In this document: positions 39,901 through 49,217 of the stretch, in pieces | Numbering within the stretch: position 1 is the stretch's first letter | Layout: each line of letters begins with the position of its first letter | Source of the DNA: Candidatus Pelagibacterales bacterium | Lineage (GTDB): Bacteria > Pseudomonadota > Alphaproteobacteria > Pelagibacterales > Pelagibacteraceae | Length of the DNA stretch: 64,000 nt | Reading direction: 5' to 3' | Assembly (NCBI GenBank): GCA_965235635.1 | Contig: CBDDYR010000004.1 | Span: 73,657 to 137,656, forward strand | Program-made: the position numbers and the translations under genes | Notes under the pieces: model-generated | What the model was told of the DNA's origin: nothing | What the model saw: the letters and a program-made list of their open reading frames with translations, nothing else | Database searches by the model: none

Positions 39901-40350
39901 TTAATTTGCTTTTGGAGCCTCCGCTTCTGGTGCTTTTTCTTCAGCTTTTGGAGCTTGTGCTGGAGCTGCTTCCGCTGCTGGAGCTGCCGCTTCTGCTGCT
40001 GGAGCCGCTGGTGCTTCTTTTGGAGCTTGTGCAGCTTTTAATCTTTCTTGAGCTTTCTTTTTAGGCAAAGCTTTAATTGGATTATTTCTTTTTTCAGGAA
40101 CAGGAGCTAGATTTGCAGCACCTAAAAACTTTGCAACTCTTAAGGTAGGCTTAGCTCCTATTTTAAGCCAATGAGTTATTCTTTCTGACTCTAAACTTAA
40201 TCTTTCTGGTTTGCTTTTTGGTAATAACGGATTGAAGTATCCAAGTTTTTCAATAAATTTTCCATCTCTTGGGTTTCTAGAATCTGCAACTACGATTTGA
40301 TAAAAGGGTCTTTTTTTTGTTCCCCCTCTAGATAGTCTTATTTTTAACAT
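39901..40350 (-). CDS. rpsP: 30S ribosomal protein S16 with Ala/Pro/Glu-rich tail
   Basis: [27 protein letters not shown]. Confidence 0.97.
   Translation of the reverse strand: MLKIRLSRGGTKKRPFYQIVVADSRNPRDGKFIEKLGYFNPLLPKSKPERLSLESERITHWLKIGAKPTLRVAKFLGAANLAPVPEKRNNPIKALPKKKAQERLKAAQAPKEAPAAPAAEAAAPAAEAAPAQAPKAEEKAPEAEAPKAN
39909..40036. repeat. Degenerate coding repeats in the S16 tail
   Basis: CTTTTGGAGCTTGTGC at 39945 and 40017, CTTTTGGAGC at 39909, and recurring GCTGCTGGAGC units encoding APAAEAA / AQAPK. Confidence 0.7.
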
Positions 40351-40362
40351 TTGTTTTCCTTT

Positions 40363-41724
40363 CTATTTTAGATTGTTAAATAACTCTGGAGGTATTCCAT
40401 CTAAACCGCCAAAATCTCTTCCGCCACCTTGTGACATTCTTTTCATCATGCCTGTCATCATTTTATGTTGTTTTAGAAGCTTGTTTACTAAAGCGATGTC
40501 AGTTCCTGAACCATTCGCTATTCTTTTTTTTCTAGAACCATCAATAATTTTTGGATTGTCTCTTTCTTTTGGAGTCATTGATAAAATAACTGCCTCTTGT
40601 TTGCCAAGAAGACCTTCATCAATATCTGCTTCTTCTATTTGTTTTTTAATCTTAGAAATACCAGGAATCATTCCCAGAACCTTTCCCATGCCACCAATTT
40701 TTTTCATTTGTCTAAGCTGTTTTAAATAATCATTAAAAGTGAATTGCCCTTTTTTAAAATTTTCTTCTAGTTCTTCAACTTCTTCTTTTTTTAAATTTTC
40801 AGATACTTTTTCAACAAGAGAAACCACATCTCCCATTCCTAAAATTCTGTTTGCAATTCTTTCCGGATGAAATATTTCAAAATCGTCAATTTTTTCACCC
40901 ACTCCTAAAAATTTAATAGGACAATTAGCAACTGACTTCATACTAAGAGCGGCACCACCTTTTCCATCGCCGTCTATTCTTGTTAAGATTATTCCAGTTA
41001 AATCGACTGTTTTTTTAAACTCACTCGCAATATTTACAGCGTCTTGTCCTGTTAAAGAGTCGGCAACTAAAAAAGTTTCAATTGGATTAATTATTTTTTT
41101 TAAATTATTCAACTCACTCATCATCATGCTATCAATTTGTGTTCGTCCGGCCGTATCAAAAATGATTACATCAGATCCTGATAAGGAAGCCGCTGCTAAA
41201 GTTCTTTGAGTAATTTCTATTGGAAGTTGTCCTTCTATAATTGGAATTGTTTGAATATTATTTTGACTACCTAATAATTCTAATTGTTTTTGAGCTGCTG
41301 GACGATAAACGTCTAAGCTCGATAACATCACTTTTTTATTAAAATTCTTTTCAATAAATTTTGCAATTTTTGCTGATGTGGTTGTTTTTCCTGAACCCTG
41401 CAAACCCACAACCAATATTTTTGCCGGAGGAACTGTATTAAGATTAATTTCTGATTTTTCGCTTCCTAAAATTTTAACAAGTTCATCAAATACAATTTTT
41501 ACAAGAAATTGTCCTGGAGTTATGGATTTTAAAACTTCTTGACCGATTGCTTTTGGCTTAACATTTGCAATAAATTCTTTAGCAACGGAAAGAGCAACGT
41601 CTGACTCGAGAAGGGCCTGACGAATTTTACGTAATCCTTCATCAACTTGTTTTTCATCTAATTGAGTGCTTTTATTAAAAAAAGAAAAAGCGGACTCAAT
41701 TTTACTTGTTAAATTTTCAAACAT
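40363..41724 (-). CDS. ffh: Signal recognition particle protein
   Basis: GLQGSGKTT, DVYRPAA, DTAGR, TRIDGD.KGG, Met-rich M domain (SMT.KER, SR.KRIA.GSG). Confidence 0.97.
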   Translation of the reverse strand: MFENLTSKIESAFSFFNKSTQLDEKQVDEGLRKIRQALLESDVALSVAKEFIANVKPKAIGQEVLKSITPGQFLVKIVFDELVKILGSEKSEINLNTVPPAKILVVGLQGSGKTTTSAKIAKFIEKNFNKKVMLSSLDVYRPAAQKQLELLGSQNNIQTIPIIEGQLPIEITQRTLAAASLSGSDVIIFDTAGRTQIDSMMMSELNNLKKIINPIETFLVADSLTGQDAVNIASEFKKTVDLTGIILTRIDGDGKGGAALSMKSVANCPIKFLGVGEKIDDFEIFHPERIANRILGMGDVVSLVEKVSENLKKEEVEELEENFKKGQFTFNDYLKQLRQMKKIGGMGKVLGMIPGISKIKKQIEEADIDEGLLGKQEAVILSMTPKERDNPKIIDGSRKKRIANGSGTDIALVNKLLKQHKMMTGMMKRMSQGGGRDFGGLDGIPPELFNNLK

Positions 41725-41734
41725 TTTTTTTCTC

Positions 41735-41805
41735 CAGCAGCAATCGCACTAGTGGGCGAATATCGCTGACTAGTGTTGATCTCCTTCATCAGAAGGACAC
41801 CACAA
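41735..41805 (-). ncRNA. Structured 5' leader of ffh (ffh RNA motif-like)
   Basis: On the minus strand: hairpin TCCTTC-TGAT-GAAGGA, then CACTAGT-CA-GCGA-TAT-TCGC-CC-ACTAGTG (7-bp stem, 2x2 internal loop, 4-bp stem), just before SD GGAGA. GC-rich against an AT-rich background. Confidence 0.8.
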
Positions 41806-41836
41806 AACCTGCTTATTTTTGTGGAAAATTTTATTA

Positions 41837-41865
41837 AAAGTATATTTTACTATTTTAAAAGTCAA
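41837..41865 (-). promoter_or_regulatory. Putative sigma70 promoter of ffh
   Basis: Minus strand TTGACT, 17-nt spacer, TACTTT; would place the structured leader inside the transcript. Confidence 0.5.
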
Positions 41866-41902
41866 TAATTGAGAATATTTGTAAGATACAACGACAAAAT
41901 AG

Positions 41903-42727
41903 ATGACCGAAATACAAGCTTATAAAATGGATGGCCTAGGCAATGACTTTATCATCATTGATAGAAGAAAAGATAAAATCGATCTTTCAAAACAACAAAT
42001 TATAAATATTGCCGACAGAAAAAAAGGTCCAGGTTGTGATCAAATTATTATTATTGATAAAGACAAAGAAAAAAAAACCAACGCTAAAATAACTTTTTAT
42101 AATTCTGACGGCGGAGAAACGGGAGCCTGCGGTAACGGTTCTAGATGTATTTCATATTTTTTAATGAACGAGAAAAAATTAAATAAATCAAAAATTTATA
42201 CTGAAAGTGGAGTTTTAAAGGCAAAACTTACCGGAAAAACTGAAGTATCGGTTGACATGGGAGTTCCAAATTTCGATTGGAAAAAAATACCCTTGGTTAA
42301 AAAAATGAACCACACAAAAGTTAAAATTAAAACGAAACATTTTGGAGTTTTATCCGGTTATACTTTGAGCGTTGGTAATCCTCATATTATTTTTTTTAAA
42401 AATATAACATTTGAATTACTTAAAAAAATTGGTCCTCAAATTGAACATCACGAATTTTTTCCAGAAAGATGCAATGTTACATTTGCTGAGGTAATGAATA
42501 AAAAAAATATCGCAGTTAAAGTTTGGGAAAGAGGAGCTGGTTTAACCCTTGCTTGTGGCACCGCTGCTTGTGCTACTGCTGTGGCAGCAAATAAATTAGG
42601 TCTGACTGGAAAAAAAGTTAATATTCATTTTAAAAATGGTACGCTCCATATTGAATGGACAAAAGACAAACATATTATAATGACTGGATCTGTCTCAAAT
42701 ATTAATAATATTAGTCTTAAAATATAA
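41903..42727 (+). CDS. dapF: Diaminopimelate epimerase
   Basis: KMDGLGNDF, CGNGSRC, VGNPH, WERGAGLTLACGT. Confidence 0.96.
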   Translation: MTEIQAYKMDGLGNDFIIIDRRKDKIDLSKQQIINIADRKKGPGCDQIIIIDKDKEKKTNAKITFYNSDGGETGACGNGSRCISYFLMNEKKLNKSKIYTESGVLKAKLTGKTEVSVDMGVPNFDWKKIPLVKKMNHTKVKIKTKHFGVLSGYTLSVGNPHIIFFKNITFELLKKIGPQIEHHEFFPERCNVTFAEVMNKKNIAVKVWERGAGLTLACGTAACATAVAANKLGLTGKKVNIHFKNGTLHIEWTKDKHIIMTGSVSNINNISLKI

Positions 42728-42733
42728 TTCTTA

Positions 42734-43648
42734 ATGAATTTTTTTAAAAAACTTCAAGATAGCCTAAAAAAAACTTCAGAAAAATTTACAAAAGGAATTA
42801 ACGAAGTTTTTAACAAGTCTAGACCCCAAGCGGAAATTCTTCAAGATATCGAGGATATTCTTATTCAAGCTGATGTGGGTATTGGATTTGTAGAGGAATT
42901 TAGAAAAAATATAGCCAATAAAAAATATAGCAAAGAAGAATTAACAAAGGAAAATTTCTTTCAAGCGATTGCTAAGGAAATAGAAGAAATTTTAATACCC
43001 CTTCAAAAAGATTTTTTTGCAAAAAAACATAATAAGCCCACTGTTGTATTAGTGTGTGGAGTGAATGGCGTTGGTAAAACAACAACGATTGGAAAATTAT
43101 GCAAAAAACTCAAAACTCAAGGAAATAAAATTATTGTTGGAGCAGCAGATACTTTTCGTGCTGCAGCCATCGATCAATTAGAACTTTGGTGTAAAAAAAT
43201 TAATGTAGAAATAATAAAATCAGATATTGGCTCAGATCCAGCCTCTGTTGCATTTAAAAGTTTTGAATATGCAAAACAAAATAATGCTGATTACTGCGTG
43301 ATTGATACAGCAGGACGACTACAGAATAAAAAAAATCTAATGGAGGAATTTTCTAAAATTATCAGAGTTTTAAAAAAAATTGACGCAGAGGCACCTCATG
43401 AAACTATTTTAGTTCTTGATGCAACGACCGGACAGAATGCAATTAATCAGATTGAAGAATTTAAAAAAATTACTCCAATCACTGGAATTATAATGACCAA
43501 ATTAGATGGGACTGCGAAGGGCGGTATTCTTGTTGCTATTGCAAAACAATTTCAAATTCCGATTTATGCAATTGGGGTTGGTGAAAAAGAAGAAGACTTA
43601 GATAATTTTATTGCAAAAGACTTTGTGCAAGCTTTTATTAAAAGCTAA
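42734..43648 (+). CDS. ftsY: SRP receptor FtsY (NG domains only)
   Basis: GVNGVGKTTT, DTFRAAA, DTAGRLQ, TKLDGTAKGG. Confidence 0.96.
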   Translation: MNFFKKLQDSLKKTSEKFTKGINEVFNKSRPQAEILQDIEDILIQADVGIGFVEEFRKNIANKKYSKEELTKENFFQAIAKEIEEILIPLQKDFFAKKHNKPTVVLVCGVNGVGKTTTIGKLCKKLKTQGNKIIVGAADTFRAAAIDQLELWCKKINVEIIKSDIGSDPASVAFKSFEYAKQNNADYCVIDTAGRLQNKKNLMEEFSKIIRVLKKIDAEAPHETILVLDATTGQNAINQIEEFKKITPITGIIMTKLDGTAKGGILVAIAKQFQIPIYAIGVGEKEEDLDNFIAKDFVQAFIKS

Positions 43649-44458
43649 TTCAGTGTTTTTATAAATTTTTGTAATTCAAGCTTAAGTTCAGAATTATAAG
43701 TCATCATATGACGATCAAACTGTGGGAAGTATCCGTACTTTTTTACCTGAACTTCATCGAACAATTTTTTTCCCATAGCAATAGGGATTATGATATCTGC
43801 TCCACCATGCATTATTAGAGTTGGTGATTTTATATTTTTAATTTTTTTTAAACTTAAATATTTATCTTTTAATATTAAATCCACAGGTAAATAGGGATAA
43901 TAAATCTTTGCAGCATCAACTATGGAAGTGTAGGGAGACTCTAAAATAATTCCTGCAAATTTTTGATTTTGAGCAACTTCAATTGCAACGCCTGTGCCTA
44001 AAGATTCCCCATATAAAATAATTTTATTCTTTAAAATATTATTCTTTTCTAACCATTCTACTAGCGCTTCTGGCATCACTATATAAGCCTTGCTCTGTTG
44101 GACTTCCTTTATTTCCGCTAAATCCTCGCCAAGAAATTATTAAATAATTTAAATTTAAATTTTTTAATTCGTTTAGTTTGTAAATTCTATTTCCTAATTC
44201 TCCGGCATTTCCATGAAAAAATAGAACTGTATATTTATTCTGCGGATTTTTATAAAACCACGATTTTAAAGTAATTCCCTCTGTTGAAGGTATAGATACT
44301 TCTTTAATTTCTGCATTTAATTTTTCACCACGTAAATAATTGTTTTTATACGGATGGTATAAAAAATTTCTCTGAAAAATGTACATATAAGTACAAACAG
44401 AAACATAAAGGGTAATTAAAGATAAAAAGACGTAAAAAAAAATTCGTCTTAATTTCAT
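43645..44458 (-). CDS. Membrane-anchored alpha/beta hydrolase (ABHD13/Bem46-like), split by an apparent +1 insertion near 44062
   Basis: N-half has a transmembrane helix, FFHGNA and G.PTEQGLY.DA; C-half has the GESLG nucleophile and MHG.AD..IP. Removing one A joins them into 270 aa. Confidence 0.85.
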
Positions 44459-45333
44459 TATTTACTAAGTGCTTTGATAAATAAATATAGGGCGCTGTGA
44501 TCTAAATTAGCTCTTCCAGATTTTACAGTTTTTGCGTAAAGTTCTTGTACTTTTTTTGCGATAGGTAAATGAAGTTTATATTTTTTTGCAGTTGCAATAA
44601 TATTATTCATATCTTTAAGTTGAGTAGATGCTTTTCCACCAGGTTTAAAATTCTTAGTTAATATTCTCAGTCCATGATTTTGAAGAATTGGACCACCTGC
44701 AAAACCACGTAACATAATTTCTCTAACCGCTTTAGGATCGGCTCCTGCTGCCTCAGCTAAAATTAATGCCTCCGATACAGCCCCAATACTAATTCCAACG
44801 ATAGTTTGGTTTGCTAATTTTGCAACTTGTCCGCATCCTGTTTTACCAACATAAATTGCAGTTCCCATACTTTTAAATAATGACATGACATTATTAAATA
44901 TTTTTTTGTCTCCACCTACCATAATTGCAAGCGTTCCCTTTTCTGCTCCTATGGTTCCTCCAGAAACAGGTGCGTCTAGAAAAAATGCCTTTTTCTTTTT
45001 TAAAGCTTTACCGATTTCTAAAGCTGTATTTTGTGTTGTTGAACTCATATCGATTACAATCTGACCTTTTTTTAAATATGGCTGAATTTTCTTTATAAGA
45101 ATTGCTTTACAAACATCATCATTTGCAAGCATCGAAACAATTACTTTAGAATTTTGAACTAAATCTTTTATATCTTTAAAAACTTTTGCTCCTTTCTTCT
45201 GAAGCTCTAACGTTTTACCAGGAGTTCTGTTCCAAACATTTAATTTGAATTTTTTAGATAAAATGTTTTTTGCCATAGGCAAACCCATCAAACCTGTTCC
45301 GATAAACCCGACTGTTTTAATTGAACTGCTCAT
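44458..45333 (-). CDS. NAD(P)-dependent beta-hydroxyacid dehydrogenase (tartronate-semialdehyde reductase / 3-hydroxyisobutyrate dehydrogenase family)
   Basis: GFIGTGLMG, DAPVSGG, AKLANQ (catalytic lysine), F.PGG..QLKD. Confidence 0.88.
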   Translation of the reverse strand: MSSSIKTVGFIGTGLMGLPMAKNILSKKFKLNVWNRTPGKTLELQKKGAKVFKDIKDLVQNSKVIVSMLANDDVCKAILIKKIQPYLKKGQIVIDMSSTTQNTALEIGKALKKKKAFFLDAPVSGGTIGAEKGTLAIMVGGDKKIFNNVMSLFKSMGTAIYVGKTGCGQVAKLANQTIVGISIGAVSEALILAEAAGADPKAVREIMLRGFAGGPILQNHGLRILTKNFKPGGKASTQLKDMNNIIATAKKYKLHLPIAKKVQELYAKTVKSGRANLDHSALYLFIKALSK

Positions 45334-46235
45334 TTAATTTTAAATAAATTTTTATTAGCTAGAATTATACCAGTTAATACAAACAAACCACCAAACCAAT
45401 GAAAACTTTGTAATTTTTCATTGAATAAAAAATAGCCATAGAGCGCACTATAAATTGGCATCAAATAAACCACCAATCCAGTTATTGAAGCACCCACAAA
45501 CTTTTGTAATTTTGAATACATTAAAAAAGCAATAATACCTGGAAAGATTGCAGCAATCACAGTCCAAAAGACGAAGTCTTTATTAAATGAAGTCGTATAA
45601 AAAAAAGTTTCTTCAATATAATACATGGGTAATAGGCAAATAACTCCAGCGATTGCCATAAGACCAAATCGAGTTAGAAGATCAAATTTACTTTTCCAGT
45701 TCATTAAAAATACTGAATAAACTGCCCAACTAATCATCGCTCCTGAAATCCAAATATCTCCTTTAGTAAATTGTAGTCTCATTAATGTTTCAAGCTGACC
45801 TTTACAAACTACAATCATAATTCCAGATAAGCATAAAATCGTTCCAAATATCTGCAATTTGCTTAACTTTTCTTTATAAATAAAAACTGAAAATAAAATA
45901 ATAAATATAGGAGAGGCTGAGTAAATAATTCCCATATTTACAACGCTCGTTGTAAGTCCGCTGATGTATGGAAAAGCTCCACAAAATGCAAATCCGGTAA
46001 GACCCAGAATTAATAATTTAGGAAACTCAATTAATATGTCTTTCCATTGTTTTTTAAGCGAAGGGAATATGAAAGGAAAAAGGATTATTGCTGCAAGAAC
46101 CCATCGCCAAAATGCCAAGGACACAGGAGGAACTAATCCCGCTGCACCACGTGCAACAGCAATATTTCCGGTCATAAAAATAGGCTGAATAAATAAAAAT
46201 AATAGAGGTAAAAAAGTAAACTTATGATCTTTCAA
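45330..46235 (-). CDS. DMT/EamA family transporter (TTG start)
   Basis: About 10 transmembrane segments in two EamA repeats: LAFWRW, SPIF..KEKL, GD.W, P..LF.EKL. Confidence 0.88.
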   Translation of the reverse strand: MKDHKFTFLPLLFLFIQPIFMTGNIAVARGAAGLVPPVSLAFWRWVLAAIILFPFIFPSLKKQWKDILIEFPKLLILGLTGFAFCGAFPYISGLTTSVVNMGIIYSASPIFIILFSVFIYKEKLSKLQIFGTILCLSGIMIVVCKGQLETLMRLQFTKGDIWISGAMISWAVYSVFLMNWKSKFDLLTRFGLMAIAGVICLLPMYYIEETFFYTTSFNKDFVFWTVIAAIFPGIIAFLMYSKLQKFVGASITGLVVYLMPIYSALYGYFLFNEKLQSFHWFGGLFVLTGIILANKNLFKIK

Positions 46236-46260
46236 AATTAATTTTATATTTGGTTAAATA

Positions 46261-46470
46261 TTATCTTTTATTATTTTTACTTTTGCTAACTAAAGATAAC
46301 ATTCTTATGAAATCATAACCCAGCATAATTATACTTACAGCGACAATAATTAAAACTGGTATAGATGCTGAGAAAGAAATAATAGATGACTTTAAAACTG
46401 AATGAACAATTGAACCAAGATAAACGATAAAACCAATTGCTCCAATTACTGCAGAAAATTTCCCAATCAT
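46261..46470 (-). CDS. Small two-transmembrane protein of unknown function
   Basis: 69 aa with two hydrophobic helices and a basic tail; starts 4 nt after the amidase and fills the gap in the operon. Confidence 0.7.
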   Translation of the reverse strand: MIGKFSAVIGAIGFIVYLGSIVHSVLKSSIISFSASIPVLIIVAVSIIMLGYDFIRMLSLVSKSKNNKR

Positions 46471-46474
46471 TTTT

Positions 46475-47800
46475 TTATTTGTTTAATTTTTTAAGGAGCC
46501 AATTAGCTGAACGTAAAAATCTGACATCATCAAACTTCTCTCCTACTACCTGAACCCCAATCGGCATTTTATTAGATCCCTCAAGTATTGGCAATGAAAT
46601 AGATGGCATACCCAAATAAGTCCAAATAGTACAAAATTCCGGGCTTCCTGTATAAGCTAATCCTTTTGGTGCCTCACCTGTAGTTGCAGGTGTAATAATA
46701 GCGTGGAAATGGTGAAAGAGCTCACTCATATTATCATAAATAGTTTCTATATTATCAACTGCTTCTGCGTAATCTTTTGATTTATAAGATTGTCCTCTTT
46801 CTATTGCTTCTTTTAATTTTTTTCCGATTTTATTTTTGTGAGCCTGATAAAAATAAGTTAAATTGTGGGCCATGTCTGTTTCCATAATAACTTGCTGATA
46901 CTCGAAAATTTTTTCAAAAGAAGATGGATCTTGAAATTCAACAATATTTTTTTCTAATTTTTTTCTTAATTTATCAAATGCTTTTTTTGAATCGCTGTCT
47001 AAATTTTTCCATTTAGGAGTTTCTACAAAAACAAACTTTGGATCAAAAGGATGATCTTGCAATACAGAATGTTCCATATTTTCTGTTGGATAAATTCTTG
47101 TAGATTTATCTTTTGAATCTTTATTTATTATAACTTTGGAAATTAAACCCATATCTTCAATAGTTCTTCCAAAAATACCTACTTGATCTAATAAAAAAGA
47201 TAATCTTAAAACTCCACTTCTAGAAATTAAACCATAAGAAGGTTTATAACCAATAACACCGCAGTAAGATGCGGGTCTAATTACTGATCCATTTGTTTGC
47301 GAACCAATTGCTACTGGGGCCATAAATGATGCAACGGCAGCGGCGGAGCCGCTTGAAGAACCTCCTGGAGTTCTTGAATAATCATGTGGGTTTGTAGTTT
47401 TTCCTGGATCAAAATATGCAAGTTCTGTCGTAACAGTTTTGCCCATAATGATAGCGCCTGCATTTTTAAGTAATTTTACAATCTCTGCTTCATTTATTGA
47501 AACTTGCCCTTCTCTTAATGGCGTGCCATATCCTGTTGGCATATCGTCAGTTTTAAAAATATCTTTAATTGCAACCGGAAGCCCATGCAAAGGTCCAAGT
47601 GGCTTCCCTAATAATCGCCAATCGTCAGCTTCTTTTGCTTTTTCTAAAAATGCTTTTTTATCAAAAAATGCCCAGGCATGAACATGTTTTTCAAATTCTT
47701 CTATTCTCTCTATAAAACTATTTGCTACTTCAACTGAAGAAAGTTCACTTTTTTTAACTTTATCTATGAGTTGTTTCGCAGATAAAAGATATGGCTTCAT
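46475..47800 (-). CDS. Amidase-signature family hydrolase, malonamidase E2-like
   Basis: VAIKD (Lys), PGGSSSGSAAAVA (cis-Ser), GSQTNGSVIRPASYCG (nucleophile Ser). Confidence 0.9.
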   Translation of the reverse strand: MKPYLLSAKQLIDKVKKSELSSVEVANSFIERIEEFEKHVHAWAFFDKKAFLEKAKEADDWRLLGKPLGPLHGLPVAIKDIFKTDDMPTGYGTPLREGQVSINEAEIVKLLKNAGAIIMGKTVTTELAYFDPGKTTNPHDYSRTPGGSSSGSAAAVASFMAPVAIGSQTNGSVIRPASYCGVIGYKPSYGLISRSGVLRLSFLLDQVGIFGRTIEDMGLISKVIINKDSKDKSTRIYPTENMEHSVLQDHPFDPKFVFVETPKWKNLDSDSKKAFDKLRKKLEKNIVEFQDPSSFEKIFEYQQVIMETDMAHNLTYFYQAHKNKIGKKLKEAIERGQSYKSKDYAEAVDNIETIYDNMSELFHHFHAIITPATTGEAPKGLAYTGSPEFCTIWTYLGMPSISLPILEGSNKMPIGVQVVGEKFDDVRFLRSANWLLKKLNK

Positions 47801-47830
47801 CTACTTACTGTTTTTGATTTTTTATTTTTA

Positions 47831-49213
47831 CTAACCGCCTTGGCCAAATAAATAGTTAGGTAACCAAGTGGATAAAGGTTGAAATAAATATAACAACACC
47901 ATTGAAAGTATCACCATATAAATAAAAGGATATCCCCCTTTAAAGATTTCTTTTAAACTTACTTTATCGCCCTGAACTCCTTTAAGGTAAAAAGCTGCCA
48001 TGGCCATTGGAGGGGATAGGAAAGAAGTTTGCAAATTTAGTCCAATAAGAATTCCAAAGAAATATGGATCAATTCCATAAAATTTTACAAGTGGTAAGAA
48101 TATTGGAACAAAAATAATTATAATTTCAGTCCACTCTAAAGGCCAACCAAGTACAAATATTAGAATTTGGGTAACAACTAAAAACTGCCAAGGTTCTAGG
48201 TTTAATGATTTAAAAAAAGCATCAAAAATATCTTGTCCACCAAGATATGCAAAAACTGAGGCAAATGAAGACGATCCAACAAATAACCAGATGATCATTG
48301 TTGAGGTTCGAGCTGTTAAATAGATGGAGTCTTTAAACATGTTCCAATTCATAGTTTTATAGAAAAAAGCAAGACCGATTGCGCCCACAGCACCCACCGC
48401 TGCAGCTTCAGATGCAGTGGCAAGTCCTCCTAGAATAGTTCCTAAAACTAAAACTATAATTAAAAATAAAGGTAAAAAAGAAACTGCTAAGTCTTTATAT
48501 ACTTTTGCTCTTGGTGGTATTTCGCTCATTTTTGGTTTTGGAGCGAGTTTAGGATTTAATGAAGCGGCAATAATAACATAAATAATATAAAGTCCAGCCA
48601 ACATCAAACCAGGTAACATTGCAGCAGCAAATAGTCTTAGGGGAGATAATGCTGCAACTACAGCATAAACAATAAACATAATACTTGGTGGAATTAAGAT
48701 ACCCAAACAACCACCGGCAGTAACAACTCCTGAAGCAAAAGTTTTATTGTAACCATTATTTACCATGGCAGGCCAAGCTAATAATCCCATTAAAGTAACA
48801 ACTGCCCCAACAATTCCTGTTGCTGTTGAAAAAATAGCGCAAGTAATTAAAGAAGCGACTGCTAATGAACCTGGAAGTTTATAAGTTGCCACTCTTATTG
48901 CGTTAAATAATCTTGCAACGATTCCAGCTTTTTCAACCACATAACCCATAAATAGAAATAAAGGTATAGCAATCAACACATGGTTTTCCATTGTTGAAAA
49001 AGCGTTTTTAACGATTAAATCAAAAATTCTATTTGCAAAAATGCCAGACTCTGCGAATAACTTGGCATCAAAAAAGGCGTAGTAACCAAAAATAACAGAC
49101 ATGGCAAGAAGGGTAAATGCCATTGGAAAACCAAGTAAGATAATAAAAACGAAAAGAGTTACCTGTAGTAAACCAATCCAATTAGCGGTTGTTATATTTG
49201 CTGCCCATTCCAT
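47831..49213 (-). CDS. dctM: TRAP transporter large permease DctM
   Basis: LIAIPLFLFMG, GCLGILIPPS, ATASEAAAVG, LQTSFLSPP; multiple transmembrane segments. Confidence 0.93.
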   Translation of the reverse strand: MEWAANITTANWIGLLQVTLFVFIILLGFPMAFTLLAMSVIFGYYAFFDAKLFAESGIFANRIFDLIVKNAFSTMENHVLIAIPLFLFMGYVVEKAGIVARLFNAIRVATYKLPGSLAVASLITCAIFSTATGIVGAVVTLMGLLAWPAMVNNGYNKTFASGVVTAGGCLGILIPPSIMFIVYAVVAALSPLRLFAAAMLPGLMLAGLYIIYVIIAASLNPKLAPKPKMSEIPPRAKVYKDLAVSFLPLFLIIVLVLGTILGGLATASEAAAVGAVGAIGLAFFYKTMNWNMFKDSIYLTARTSTMIIWLFVGSSSFASVFAYLGGQDIFDAFFKSLNLEPWQFLVVTQILIFVLGWPLEWTEIIIIFVPIFLPLVKFYGIDPYFFGILIGLNLQTSFLSPPMAMAAFYLKGVQGDKVSLKEIFKGGYPFIYMVILSMVLLYLFQPLSTWLPNYLFGQGG

Positions 49214-49217
49214 TGTA

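Noticed and set aside
39909-40036. GC-rich repeats as a CRISPR array or mobile element
   Set aside because: They are in-frame coding repeats of the S16 tail, with no spacers, cas genes or terminal repeats.
41735-41805. ffh upstream hairpins as a tRNA or the SRP RNA gene itself
   Set aside because: No cloverleaf or T-loop, and no GNRA-capped long helix; its position next to the SD fits a cis-acting leader.
46475-47800. Calling the amidase gatA
   Set aside because: It has QTNGSVIRP rather than DTGGSIRQP, and there are no gatB or gatC neighbours.
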